Positions 13,101 through 28,100 are shown, numbered from the stretch's first letter. The stretch: DNA of 64,000 nt from Strigamia acuminata (GCA_949358305.1 OX442314.1:13082001-13146000), one strand, 5' to 3'. The notes: generated by a model from the letters alone, not told the origin. Translations and numbers: made by a program.

Positions 13101-16100
13101 AGAAATAACTGGGATTCCCAGCAGGACACCCATCCAAGTACTGACCAGACCAAATTCTGCTTAGCTCCTGCGTTCTAATGGGAATGGGTGATCAGCTCAG
13201 TGCGGCGAGCCATTTAAGCACCGTTTTAGTGACGGAAGCGACTTTAACCTAACCTAACCTGACCTAACCTGACCACCGTTGCTATAACGACCCGTCGTTA
13301 AAGTAATTGTCCTGTTCCTATCCGTGTTGGGCATGTTTTAACACAGAAGAAGGAAGCGGCATCCCAAAAACATCGGGCCAAATGTCTATGGGATAATAAT
13401 ATTAATATAATGGAAAAAATGTGATAATCCATTTATTTTCGGTCCACCTCTTATAAAAGTTGGCTACCACCCAAGTCCCAACAGAAAAAAAGTTGTCTAT
13501 CTTGCTGCGCATGCGTAACTTAAAAACATACCATTACTATTTAATTATATATTTTTTTAAAGCCAAAAAAAATCCAGTTTTCTAGTGTCTTGTTCCATTA
13601 AACAGACTACACTATACATGATTCGTTGAAAGTTATTTAATATTATTTAGAAAAATATATCTAATTTTTTTTTCTTTTGGGTGCTTAGATTATTTACATT
13701 GACCCTTTCGCTTCTGCCCTTAGGAGAAATATCTTGCAGGAAGTTGCGTTTCCTTTACTCTATCACAATTGATTTTTTCCTTTTATTCTCGTCTCACTTT
13801 GCAATCTCCGGACTCAAGTATTTTCATTATACGTCCAACTGGGAATTTATTCGCAACAACTTAACTGACCGTGCCTCACCTTTTTCCTTAATTTTCAATG
13901 TCCATCTACGTCGGAAGGAACAAAGGTTGGTTTCGGTTTATTTATCTGGGTTTTATTAGATAGAGTATTCGGAGAATTCGTGTATCAACTAGACACGATA
14001 TTACTGCAGTTTATTTCAATCTCTGGACTCGCCCGTGATACAATGTCGCGTATAATGCGCAGATGTTGTTTCAACCTCCAACAGCTGCTTTAAAACCATT
14101 TCTTGGGTGAGATTTCAAGTTGCGATAAATTCTATTTCTCCACTTTATTATCACTTTGTGAAAGGTTTATAAAATGAGGAGAGATTAGGACGCCATTTCT
14201 ACGTCTACGAAATAGGCCTAAAGTAAATTTGATGCTGCTAGTGCAGGTTTTATTCATTTTTGTGTTCGTTATTTCGTGGTCTGTGTTTACAGGGATACGT
14301 TTGTTGTCGTTACTCATAGTACAAAAGCCTAAAGCTAATCTTGTCTGTTTGACGTCATAAACGAATTCGTGGTTACATTTTTTATTGCGGCGACTGCGTG
14401 TATCGTGCGAGTTTACAAGTATAAAGGGTAAGAATGGGTTTAAGCCTAAATTGTTCGAGGTTGCTGTCAACAAAATAGCGTCGTTTTAGGTTATGATTTT
14501 TAACCAACATTACCGGTATCAGCCATTTGCACAGAAACCACAGCTTGAGTGGTTTGCGGAGCTGTTTTTACAAGCGGGTTTTAGTTTTTGCGAGCAAATT
14601 CAAAATGGCTGTTGCACTTGCGCGAGTGAGATCGGGGAGTCGAACTTTCAATTGTTCTAAAGCTTGCAGGTGAAGCATCCACCGCACAAAGCGTGAGTGA
14701 AAGCGTAATTGTGTTGAAACAAGTGGGTCATTATTCGTTGCTTGGGTGAAAATGGAGGAATTTTAATTGCTATTTACTTGTAAAAACCCAAAACTAAACT
14801 ATGGACGAACACAATGGCGAAATAATCTCACACAAATCCATTGTTAGGAGTGCTTTTGTCTTCTGTTTTTGGTGCTTATAGAAACTCTTGTTAGTTCATG
14901 TTTCAGGTAAGCTTTATGTGAGAAACTATTGCAGAAACGAAAATAATACAAATGCCACATCACATAGAATATTCTATGAACAAATGTCAAATAGTATATG
15001 ATTATTTCTCCAACTATATAAAATATTTAAATTTTTTACTGTGTATTTTGTAGAAAAGATATTTTATTTGTTTTAATTTTTGATTTTCTAGGTATTTATT
15101 TTTGAGTCATACATTTCATACAATAGATTATAATCCAACAGTGTTTAAAAATGATGGAAGTTGAGGAAAAAAAAGATTTTAATATATTTTGCTATAACGA
15201 TCTGTTAGTGCAGGTGTTGTGGTTATTAAAGGGCAAGAGTTAGCTTTTGGGGGAGTAGATATAAATGGTCTGCGGTGAGTTAGGAAAATGTCAGAGGATA
15301 AGCGTAAGCGGGCATACTAGGTAAAGTAGGCAATTTGTGTGCGAATTCAAATGAAGTAGACTAGCTAGGGAAAACCTTTCCAATCTGTTTTCCTCTTTAC
15401 GAATAGTTAGGTTTCGAGTTATTAATCATTGAACTCGTCATTGCACGTATTTCATCCATGACAGCAACTGTTACTATGACAACCAACCAAACAAGTGTGC
15501 TCTGTTCCGGTTTATAGCATTCCACACAGCCAGGAAAAATTGATGCAATGAAACCGAAGATTATTTCTGTCGGTTATTGCTAAATCCAATCCCCGCCCCG
15601 TGAAATTCAAATTCAAAACAATTTATTCTAACCATCGACGAAGGCGAGTCAAGATTACATATAATGAAAATTATTTTTATGTATGGCGTATAAAAGTTTA
15701 TACTTCAAATATGATTTCCCATGAATAAATAAACGAGCCTAATGTCTCGGCTGCTTAGCTACGAAGGCGAGAACTTGATTCGAAGTAAGTCCCATTGTTC
15801 TACGGAGGCTTTGTGGGCCAGCTGAAATTTATGTAAAATTTCTATAAACGTTTAAAAAAAATCATTTTTGGATTGAAATATTCTTTTTTTTATGTTGGAT
15901 AGTAAAGATAATTTATATTTTGCATTTTTTAAAAATGCATTACCGTTAGAATTTGGAATTTTGGGCTGAAAATGAAATTATTTGATTGGTAAAGCGTTTC
16001 TCTCTTGAGTGTGGCTTGAATGAAATAGGACTTGACCATACACAGTCAGGGGGATGAATTCTGAACAAGACCTGGATTAATTAGCGAGCGAATATGATTA

Positions 16101-19100
16101 AATTTTTCATTTATTTCGTGCCAAAATGAGACAAAATGAATAAATAAATAAGAATAAAACATTTACTCTGTTGTCCTTGTTTTTGTCAGACTGTTTGTTG
16201 CTGGTGCTGGTGTATGGTTTTAATATTTACACTCCAGACGCCTTTGGAGAGTGTCACAATTACACTTTTGCACCTTCCCCGAGTAAAACGAGATTAAAAA
16301 AGGCGTCTGACCCGGTCACAGACCTGGTTACGACAGTTTTCTGTAGTTATTGCGCTTGTTTTGATGATATATGGTACTGCGCACGTTGGACTGGAAAGGT
16401 CGTTTTAACGTTTTAAGGTGGAAGTATAGGAAATATCGGATTATCCATTTTGCACTGATCGATTGAATTTTAATTGGGAGAATATTCGAGACGCATCATG
16501 CGTGGCTTCTATCGGGGATTAATTTAAGAAAATAAAAATGTTGAATGATGTAATTTGTGATGAAATGAAGCTGTCGCTAACCGACGAGGACGTAATTGGC
16601 GATAGCCTTATTTGGCGCCGAATTTAAAATAATGTAATAATAAAAAAGGATCATATTGGCGATGCTTATTTATTTTAATTTCCGCTCAAATTGCCGATTT
16701 CGTATAGGCGATTGCATATTGGCGATTTGCGTACATTAGACGTAGGTTTTGCATAAGTTGAATGAGATGGGGTTCTTGAAGGCCATGGCATGGCGCGTGT
16801 CCACAATGAGGGGTGGTTTTGCTTTAAACTGCGAAAGTATGGTTCCGAATGGTTTGCTGGGTGCACCCATTATTGAGCCTTGAATTCCAGAAGTTAAGAT
16901 AACTGGTCGTTACCGCAGACCAAACCCTTGCTGGAGCCAAGGCATGGTGTACGGAGGAGAAGGGCGCTGAGTGCCGCCCATGGAACAACGTTGCACACGA
17001 CGCGGCCTAGCAGCTCAATTGCCGCTACCAATTGAGCCGGATTTCGATTTGGAGATCGGTGTTACACCTGACGAGTGGGAGGCGATATGGGAGCAGCAAC
17101 GCTTACATAGTATTAGATGTTTAGCTCCAAAATTACATGCACTGGCCATTGAGTTGGTTGATTTCTTGAATGCAGTGGTCGAAAACCTGGTCCCTATGCG
17201 TCAACACAACGACTTCACCTGCCAGCTTTGTAGCACACATCAGTGCAATATATCATACAAGTGTGGGCACATGGTTTATGCAGCGTCTGCAAAGAGGGCA
17301 GCTGTAATGAACGTATAGGTAAAATGCCACGTGTGTCGTGAAGTAATCAAGAAGTGCAAACACCTCCATCGATTATTTGCCTAAAGTGCATTCATTATGT
17401 TATCGGTTCATTATCAGTACTTCCGTTAATAAATTGAATAAATGAAGTTCATATCGCTTATCGATTCTTTATTGTTGATTTTTTGTAAAATCGCCAATTT
17501 GGGAGAATATTGATTCAAAAAAGTAATAGTTTAATTACTTTACAATCGCCAATTTGGGAGCTCGTCTATGCGGCTCCCATTTATTTGTTTTGGCGATCAC
17601 GAATCGGGGCATCACCTATTTAACACGTTGCCAATCTGCAATCGCCAATTTAGACATCGGCAATTAGGAGTTTTTTTTTAAATTGGGTTATTGCAAAATC
17701 AGGTTAAAGATATTTTGCTGTTTTAATAATCACTACAGATATGAGGAGTTATTTTAATGGATTGGGGTATTATTGTGTTAGGATGGGAAGTAGTTGTTTA
17801 CTAAGGTATCCAATCCCTGAAGAGGAAATGGAAAATTGGTTTCGTTCGTGAAAGCATTTCTGAGTACGTGCAATTGCAGCATTATTATTTTTTTTAGTAA
17901 TTTTTTTTTTTTAATTTTATTTACTTCAATTTAATTAATTAGCTGGAAAAAAATTCTGTCTCATTTGTTTTCATTTATTTTTAGTAAGAAATGTTTTTTT
18001 TTGGGGGGGAAATTTAATTACGAGTTTCGATTACTTAAAAAAATGAAACCTGATGAAGATCGTTGTCGATAAGCAGAAAGCGCTGTAGCAAACACAAAGA
18101 AAAATAAACTTCGGTTTGAAATAATTTTCTAATTTAAAAAAAAATAGAAAAAAAGTTTATGGGAGCCATTCAACTGGAAGAAACCTCACGAGATTAAACT
18201 AATACAAACTATCTCGTATGTTTTGATTAATGCTCATGAGTTGGCGCTGTTTTACTGTCTGCATCATATCTGGTTAGAGGCTTAATCCTGATTAAGCCTA
18301 ATATTTTGCCACAATACAAGCGAAGCAAGTGCGAGCCATGTCTAGTAATATAACTCAGATATGCCATAATAAATTCATCACAAAACATTAATCTTCATTA
18401 TTTAAACTATAATAACCGTTTTTCTCCTTCCACAGAACAACAGTTTGCGTCGGGTATCTAGATGCCAAATTCATCCTGCGCATCATTCTACGCACATGAT
18501 TTCCTAATTCCAGTCATTATCCAGCAATATTAAGCCTAACATTAGGCCTAATAATGTTAAAATAAAGTAAATAAACAACAATAAACTCATCAACAAAAGT
18601 AATTTATAACACAATACAGAAATTTTGTTGCTTTATTTCCTTTAGTGCCATGTTAAATGCATGCGCAGTATGTGATGTGCAGTTGAATTTGGCATTAAGA
18701 TACTGGTGGTGAACTGTAGTAATTACCAATGTGATGTGAAAATCTGAATTTGGCATTAAGATACTGGTCGTGAACTGTAGTATTTATCCATGTGATGAGA
18801 AAACCTGAAAACAATGGTTTGTTGCTTTTAGCAGAAGTAAACAATACAAAGTATATTTATTTATGAACCATTCAGTCCTGGATACATGACCTTTTTGACT
18901 GTAATTTGTCTTGTTTCAACTATTTTTGCTTTCTCCTGCACAGCTTTAGGCCACATTAATTACTTAAAGCTGGTAATGCGATGGTACGTTGAAAGATGTT
19001 AAAGAATAAATCACCGAAAATGGTTCAAGGTTGGACATTTGGAAATTTAAAAATGGGAAAATTCCCCAGAGAAGATCGCGAGCGTTGTACGTATAAAAAG

Positions 19101-22100
19101 ATTGGAGACTCCACTGGGTACTGAATCCAGTTAGATTTTTTTGGTTCTATACTCCGACAGTTAAGTATAAAATAAGTTTCAGGAATTGAGGCGAGAATGT
19201 TTGTGCCTTGAATCGTAAATTTCCAAGCACTTTGTTTCTTTTTATCTGCGCCAAAGCCCTGATTGCTACTTCCTATGTGCTCACTGAATTTGGACCGATA
19301 GGGAGATTTCTCCTCCGCACATATAGTCAGTCTTAACAATTTTTATTGCTCCAAACGAGTGAAATCAAGTAACGATTTACATTAAAGAAGTTTCGGGATG
19401 GAATGCGACACTTTTGTTCCATAGCTAAGCAAATGAACGTTTATAATCAGGATGGATGCAGTCTAAATGTAAAATTTTATGTTAAATTTTACATTTAGAC
19501 TCGCTTAAAAAATATACACAAGTTTGAATGACTTTGTGAATGCACCTAGTGTTCGTATAGGCCCTGGTCACTTTGCTTAGGAAATGTTTTTTTTTTTAAA
19601 TTTTGACGTTTTAGTTGTATTATTATTTTCCTGTCTCACAATATTTTTTGAAAATCTTTCACTTTATTTGTAGAGCCTAAAAGTCTTTTGTAAGTCATAG
19701 ACACTGGGTCTATGGCAGAACAGGGGAGAGCCAAGGGAGCAAATGTCCTGGGCCACCAATTCTAATAATGCATTTTTCCACATGAAAATGCATTATTTCA
19801 TCGGAAAATTCACTGTTTTGCGTGAAAATTCACTATTTTGCGTGAAAATTCACTGTTTTGCGTGAAAATTCACTGTTTTGCGTGAAAATTCACTGTTTTG
19901 CGTGAAAATTCACTGTTTTGCGTGAAAATTCACTGATTTGCAATTTTTCAGCTCAAAATGAGTTAATTTCACATAAAAATGCAATTCTTTTTGCTTGAAA
20001 ATGTTGTGAAGATTTCATTGCTGAATATTCATGCTTCCCCCCCCTGTCGTAAGTGCTTTGGGCCTCTCAATGGCCTTAATCCAGCCCTGGCCTACGGTGC
20101 CTAATGGGAAATCTGCTTCTACACTTAATCAATCTGTCAGGCTGTAGTGTAAGACATTTAAGTGTGTTTAACTTGTAGAAGGACAAATGACTTCTCATTT
20201 TCTTCCTTAAACGACCGTAATTTGACACCCAAAAGTGCATTTCTAACTTTGGGTAATTTTCAAAATTGCTGCCGATATAACTTGAAAAAAAGGAACAGGT
20301 GTGCATATAGCAATGCATAAATCACTTCCTTTAAGACAGAAACGGAAGTGTGTATAAGCGTCTTGAACAAAATAAACAACTTTATACATCGTTTTTAACT
20401 TTTGGAACGGCCTTGTAACTCCAATTTGTTTCTGTCCAAAATTATTGGATTAAACTTAGGTATGGAAGAATTTGCTTGGTAATTACTGAAAGGGATTTCA
20501 GTACCAGAAAATTCCCAAGAGAAACTTGTGTTGACATGGCAAGAAATTCATTAACATTGAAAATTAACATATACTATTACCCAAACTGATTGCTTGCAGT
20601 TCTAAACAGGTAAATATAGAAAGCAGTCTTCAGATGTTTTTTCCTCATTATTTTTTTAAAACTGCTTTTCCCATTCATTGCTGATGGGCCTGTGAAACAA
20701 TTCGAACTTAAGATACAGTAACCCCTCGTTTGGGACGACTTTCTTGAGGACTCAACCTTGCATTTGCACTGACAACTTGGAAAACCACAAAAAAAACCAA
20801 TTGATGGGTGGCAGATTTTCTTGTCATAGAAACAGTACCCTAAATCGGATAAGGATGGAAAAACAACTGGGATTCCCAGACTACAGGCCCTGTACTGCTT
20901 AGCTACTGTGTTCTGATGGAAACAGGCATTAGGCGGCGAGGTGATCGCCTCAGGTGGCATATTTCTAGGGGTGGCATCTGTGGGCGCACAAACCGATCCC
21001 AGATGAAGCGCAAAAAGAAATATTTCAAAAAAACTGATTATTCTATACTTATGGCGCGCACCTTAACAAACGAAGTCTGAACGTCACGAAGAAAGCGTAG
21101 GTTCATCGTTCATGAGGTTAAATACGGATACAATACATTACTTTTGCAAAAATACGGTATTCTTGGTGTCCCAGCCACGATTACAATTCGAGGGCGACTC
21201 TTAATCAGTAAAATACGGTAATTTGAAAATTTTTTCTACTATCACATCACATCATGGACCACCAGGAAATTCCCGGTATTCCGCCGAGCCAGTCCAGCTC
21301 TTTGTGCACAAAAGGTGCTGAGTTTGTTAATTCTTTGGCATTCAAAAAATTCGATGACCTCAAGAATACTTTAAGTTAAACAAGCAGATTCTTTTTCTAA
21401 CACAAATAACTTGTAAGAATTTGATGTTTTCATAGTCAGACCACACTTCCTTTACAACAACAGAATATCCTGTAATTTGCTGGTATGTAAACAGTGATTA
21501 AATCTAGAATGGTTTGTTGCTGCCCCTGAGGTTTACTGCTTAGCAACTACAGTTCTCCCACAGGTGTGTAGCGTCAGTTATTGAAGCACATTTACATAAT
21601 TAAGTGAGGTGCTGTTCATAATGTATGTTAGCATTGAATTTTTATATTTTGCAGGGGATTTGTGAAAAGTGGTTAAAATATAGTTTAGTTTTTGGATTTT
21701 ACAAGTAATGGTAATGGCGATTACAATTCCTCCACTTCTTTCAATACAATTATGCTTTTACTCATTTTTTATGATGGTAGTTGCTGATTACTTCACCTGG
21801 AAACATTATAATCTATTGGAAATTCGATTCCTCGATCTAATTTGGTGGCAGCCATTGTGAATTTGGTTGTAAAAACCAAAACCAGGTTGTAGGAAGTAGG
21901 AACAACTTGACAAACCACTCTACAGTTTGTGGCCGGTATCTTGATGCTAAATTCGTACTGCGCATCCCATTCTGCATCGACGATTTTCTAATTCCAGTTG
22001 TTATTTAGCAGTATTAAACCTAATATTAGGCCTAATAATGTTAAAATAAAGTAAATAAACAACAATAAACTCATCATTAAAAGTAATTTTCAGCATAGTA

Positions 22101-25100
22101 TCAAAATATTGTTGTTTTCTTTTCTCTGTGTGCAACAAGCTTGACAATCGTTATGTTAAATGCATGCGCAGAATGTGATGCGCAGTTTTAATTTAGCATC
22201 ACGATACCGGGCGCGAACTGTAGTTGTGGTTCCTGTTTTCTGTTTTCATGGTTGTTTTGGCGTCCATTCTGTTTAAAACAGCAAAATAGAAACTCCTTAT
22301 TGCTTCCAGGAGTGTATTCACAGAAAAGGGCCCTATACCGCTGCGTGGGGCCCAAAATTGTGAAAACAAAAAAATCCCCCAAGAAATTGGAATTTTTTCA
22401 ATAAGGGCCCTCGAAAAAGGCTGCAAGAAGGGCCACGCAGACCGTAAATCCGCCTCTGATTGTTTCATGATGTTTTCTAAAAACTTTATCCAAGGGTCTT
22501 TCGAGGAAGAATATCAGCCGGGCATTTTGCCCATTTATGTAAAAAACGGCGCATTTGTGTAAAAAAATGGCTATTGGGCACTCGGCCCTTCGGGACTTGC
22601 CCGATTGCCCGTATGGTCAATCCGCCCCCGCCTCTTTTATTGATTTTTGTGTATTCCAAAGCGCTCTGGGAATAAACAAAATCACCCCGCATGCTGCTAA
22701 CTGTTCCATATAAAACTTTTTCCCTCTAAAGCGTCTTATATTGTCAATTAACATTATAAACCGCCTACGACCCCTAGTGTAGGTGGCTTCTCCTTTGGCG
22801 AAGCTCGGTCTTGACATGTTTCAACGATAAATTAAGTGAGCGGGGAATAAACAGCAAGGTGAAGCGAAAAGCGGTTAATTTTTACTAAAAGCAACTTCCG
22901 TCTAGTTATATTGGCTGGCAACCGGAAATATATCCACAATCGGCGCTCTAAGTCTGCCCGCACTCACTACATAACTGAAAAGTTGATTAGGATAAACGAC
23001 GAGTGGCCCTTGCTGAGAAACTTCATTTGCCAACTGAGAACTAACTAATGATGGACATTGAGCGCGGTGATCGGCTCGAAAACGAGGCGAGCGGCTTTAT
23101 GATTAGAAATAATGGTTCTCGCGAGTAGTGGCGGGGTCATCGACTGCGCAGTAACATCTGTTCCGTCATTATTATGTTTCAATCCCGAAGAACAGCTGCC
23201 TTTAGCGGTGGCCTAGAAAATAAAGGAGAAATGTACGCGTGACAGATCAAGTTATCCAAACACACCCAAACCAGATCGATATTATTTGTACATGCTTTTC
23301 TATGTTTGTCGTGTGAATTTGTGCCTTCTAGTACATAATTATAATTTTTTTTATGGAATTGTAATGAGAATAATGGAGATAAAAGCATTTTATCATTTTA
23401 AAGGTGATGGATAATGATTGAGCTATTGTGCGCCATTGTTGTGTTTTTCGTTTGTTTAATGATGTAATTGCGTCATGTACGCTCGTAATTTGTTAAATGG
23501 GTTGTTAAATTATGACGTATCGAATTACACCGCATGAAATTCACATTACTGGGCCCTCCTGCACCAGTAGTTTCTTTTTTAGTTTGTTTTTTTGTGACGT
23601 TCAAGACTCTGTGCTTATTCCCTATTGTGTGCATATGGATATAATATATTTTTTTAATGTTTGGAATTATGGGGCCTTCATTGTCGTTTTAACCTTGGAC
23701 GGAATTTTATTATGTTCGTAATTGTGCATTAGGAATTTTACTGCGAAGTTGAAATGCTAGTGTCATGAAACGCAAAATGTGTACAGTTTGTTTTAAAATT
23801 ATTATTATTATTTTTTAATTTTTACCTTTTCGGTTTGTGATTATATTATTTTCTATATGTTCGAATTGGCTCTGCACACAAGGAAAGACGAGATAATTCC
23901 AATCAATACAAAAGGTTTCTTTTAACATGTGCAACATGGTTGTAAGGTGACACGTTGGTTATTGATTATTTGGCGTGGAGAGTTCTTTTAATTATAATCT
24001 GTTGCTTTATTTTGACAGAACTATTAATAATGTAGTTCAGTGCCACTTGGGAGCATCCTCGACCTTGATTTTTGTACTACAGGAAGTGGAAAAATATTTT
24101 TAAAAAATGGTTGAATATTAGATAATGTTTTTAGGATTTTCTTTGTTTTTTTTAATTTTTAAGTAATTGATTGGAGTATTGATTTTATTTGTCCCGTTTC
24201 GTTTTTTCAACCGAACAGTTACTTATTTTTAGTTGTACAGTCAACAATATCTGTTGCGTGTAGCCCGGCTCTGCCATATCAATGCTAGAACTTGCTCGCA
24301 TTTATTGGTTACTATGACAACCAACGAGCTTTGTGGGCGGATGCTACCAAGCTGGATGTAGGCAAGGCTCAGCTTGACTCTACCATTTTACACAAGAGTG
24401 ACTGCAACTAGGACATTTTTCCGTTTCTTCAATGCTTGTTGCTAGGCTGCACTTGAAATAAGTTCAACAAGTTATGAAATAATATAAATTTAAAAAAAAA
24501 AATTTTTTTATGAAATATATTTTTCTTATAATTAAAAATCATCAAAATAGATTTTTTTTTAATGGCCGTAAAATTAAGGGTCAAGAGAAGTTAATTCTTT
24601 TCTTTTTTTGTTTTCTCCTTGAATGAACGAGTCGATCGTTTTATTGGTGAGTGGGAAAAGCGCCATGTGGATATTGGGATTGGATGTGCAATTCATTCAG
24701 AAAATTTCCTAACCATCCATTCATCTTTGTGTAAACTTTAAATAGCGAGTTATTATATTTTTTAACAAGAAAAAAAGAAGAAAAAACGAGAAAAAGAAAA
24801 AGAAAATGATGATTTAATGTGCATTTCGTGAACATCTTCATTAGTCGTTTGCATAGGGAGGGAAAATTGTGAAAATTCTCATGCAATTTTGATTAAATAA
24901 ATTCACGTCTGGGAGATAAAAATAAGAGAAGAAAAAAACTAATGATTTTTCTTTTTGGTTTTGTTGGTATAGCTGGAAATTTGGTGGCAAAAAGAGGATA
25001 GTTAGAAGAGGGTTATAAAATGAGTGTAGCCACGACGTAAACTCGACTATGGTTTTAAAAACGACATCTTCAGTGCGGAAATAACAGCTGAGTTATATAC

Positions 25101-28100
25101 AGTACACTTGTGACATTCCAGTATTCGTCGACTGTAATGGTTTTTTTTTTACAATTTTTTTTCTTTTACATTTTTTTTTCTTTTACAATTTTTTTTTTTT
25201 TACATTTTTTATCTATCAATTTATATTCGAGTCCTTATTACTTTTTAAAATATAAATGAGTTAAATTCTAGGTTGAAATTAAACCGCACACAGGTGCAAA
25301 GATAAATTATTTATACTATTGTAAAGGTAAAAACAAATGGAAGATTTTTATTTGCATAAATAAATTGTAAATTTGTATTTCCCAGTAGCCTTAAAAACTA
25401 ATCAATGGGCCTCTTGAATATTTATGTAATTGGACCATTTCAAATAGAACATTTGCATAAATTTGAGATTTTTAAAAATTCATTCCCTTGTAGATTTTGA
25501 TAATTTTTTGATAACTTTTTTACACTTTTTTGAAATTTTTTGATGAATTTCTACAAATTTGGAATATTTTTTTATGAATTTAGTCATTTTTTGGACATTT
25601 TTGATGAAATTTAGATATTTTATGAAGAATTTGACAAATTTGGGGCATTTTGTGATGAATTTCGACAATTTGGGACAATTTATTGATGAATTTAGACATT
25701 TTTGGACGTTTTTTCGATGAATTTAGACAAATTTTTGCCGAATAATCAATACGTAATTTATAAATTTCAAAATTCAAATTATGGATTTTTTGGATTTTGA
25801 ACAGCGATCCACCTTTAAATTCCTTGAATCCCCGCTGCGTTGGGAAGTTGATACACTATGCCACTGGCACTATTTACCTTCTTGATGACATTTACATCAA
25901 ATCAGATTAGCCCTAATTCGAATGAAACCACAATATTATAGATTTTTAACTGTTATTTTATGGTTAAAAAAATTACAATGCTGTCGTTGCCAATTTTGTC
26001 ATTAAGTTTTTAAAAAAAATGGCGGCACGCAATTTGATCGAAAAAAAATGTATTAAATTATCCAACACTTGGAGATAACAACACGAGCCAATCAATACAA
26101 GAATGCAAATATATAATTGTTTAATCACTCATTAGAGCAGAAGTGGCGAGCAAAGTAAGTACACGCGACGGGCCAAACTAGATCAAATTTACACGAAATA
26201 CGAAAACTAATTTTCGTTTCTATTGAATTTCTGGATCAATCTTCAAACTCGACTTCCACGCTGCACAAAGAGTTGTAATTTCAACTAAGATTACTACATT
26301 TATCACAGTTAAAATGAATTTGTGTCTGGACTAAGCTTACACTGGGAATTCCACAGACACAGTTGGAAAGTGACATTTGGCAAATGGCGTCACTTCTGGC
26401 TTAAAAATGATCAAATGTTTGAGCAAAAAGAAAAGCCACTTTGAAAAAGCTTTTATGTTAATTAAAAAGTATTAGACTCTGTCTTGATGTTGCAACAAGC
26501 CAATGACAGTAGAATACATCTCTGCTCTCATCTCTCTCTCTCTCTCTCTCTTTAGGGTAAATTGTTTTTTGTTTTCCAGCATGAAATTGTGTTGTCTACT
26601 CTTTTTCGCTTTTTTTTTATTTTTCTAAATAAATAAATGAAATAATTTATTTTTTCTTTCGCTTTAAGTGCTTTTGGTAACTGAATTTAAATTTTAAATT
26701 TTTTTTTTTTTACCTTTGCATTAAAATTTGATAAATTTGATAAATTTTCAATTTCACCGAAATGCAATTTTCAAGAAGAAGAAAAAAATATAATGAACAA
26801 TTAAAAGGCTTATTTTCAGTGTTTTGTAATTACAGCATGATCCAAACGAAATTGTGCATGTAAATAAATTGGACCGACATCGTCTCCATTTCCAGCATGG
26901 TAAAAATTGAGGGAACTGAATGTAAGCATGAACCTAGAATAATTTAAATTTAATTAAAAAAAAAACAAAAAAATTATTTTTTTTAATGCCAATTTTCAAA
27001 AAGGGACCATCAGGCTTTAAATCTCCACGAATGTTTAATATCAAAACTTGTTTGCAATTAAAACTACATTTTTAAATTATTTTTTTTTAAAAAAAAAACC
27101 TTGTAATGGCAGCTGCTCGTGTCATTTCGACGGGAACATTTTACATTTCTGCTTATTACAGACTCTAATTGCAACTAAAATTATTACTTTAGAGTAGGGT
27201 TGCAGTTTCTTGACCTTCTCCTTGAGTCTGAGACCCCAGAAGTGCGACTAAATGTTGTTTGGGAATGCACAACGGGGCAATACAAGTGCACTTGGAGCCG
27301 TCGCTTTGGCGGCCACCATACGCACTTGAATGTCTATATACTTGTGGGGTCTGGGGATAATGATTAAAGTTTCCCATCAAATGGGGAGACTTTGGTGGAT
27401 AATTTTTAATTTAATAATTTATATTTCTTTTTAATTTTTTTTTTTAGTACCACTCGAAGCCACAGCGTTTTTGGGAGCTGTGGGAGCACTTCTCGTATTT
27501 CTCGTAGTATTTTTCCTATACCTCAACAGGAAGTTATGTTTTTCAACTATTGGAGGTTTGCCATGTTGTGATGGTTCCGTCAAAGGCAAAGAGATAAAAT
27601 CGAAAGATTTGGGTAAGTACCGAGGGTATTTAACCGGAAAAAGGGTTTTATTGACGATTTATTATTATATTTGATGATTTAATGTTTTAGTGCGCGTGTC
27701 TGGTTCGTTATGTTTAGACGCACAGATGCCCATAATTTGGAAAAGTATTCATTTTATGTTGCTACTAACGCACAATGTTTTATTAATAAGTGATTCAGTC
27801 CCAGTGATGGTTTTAATACTGACAACTTAATAATAATAAAAAAAATTTAAAACTAATTTGCAGTATAAAATTGCGGGTTGAAACATATAAAAATATTAAG
27901 AGCTGTCTTTATTGCTCGCTTTAATTCTTATTACACTAATACTATTCAAATATTCCATTCCCCAGGAGGCTGTTTAAATCAGTTGGAAATCACTTAAAAC
28001 ATTAAAGCAGCTCACATTATTAAAAGTTATACATTCGCCAAACCATTTCTGGTTGGTCTGTCTCACCAGTTGTGGGATTAACTACGGAGAAGATGGATGC

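Noticed and set aside
13105..13212. Functional 5S rRNA gene
   Set aside because: The 5' half is diverged, there is no terminal stem or poly-T terminator, and it is fused to a repeat body that recurs at 20.7 kb.
13246..13274. Telomere or fusion scar
   Set aside because: Only ~6 imperfect units; such tracts are common inside arthropod repeats.
18318..18346. Helitron-like 3' end (GCGAAGC...CTAGT); similar motifs near 23215 and 26180
   Set aside because: Hairpins are imperfect and no 5' ends could be matched.
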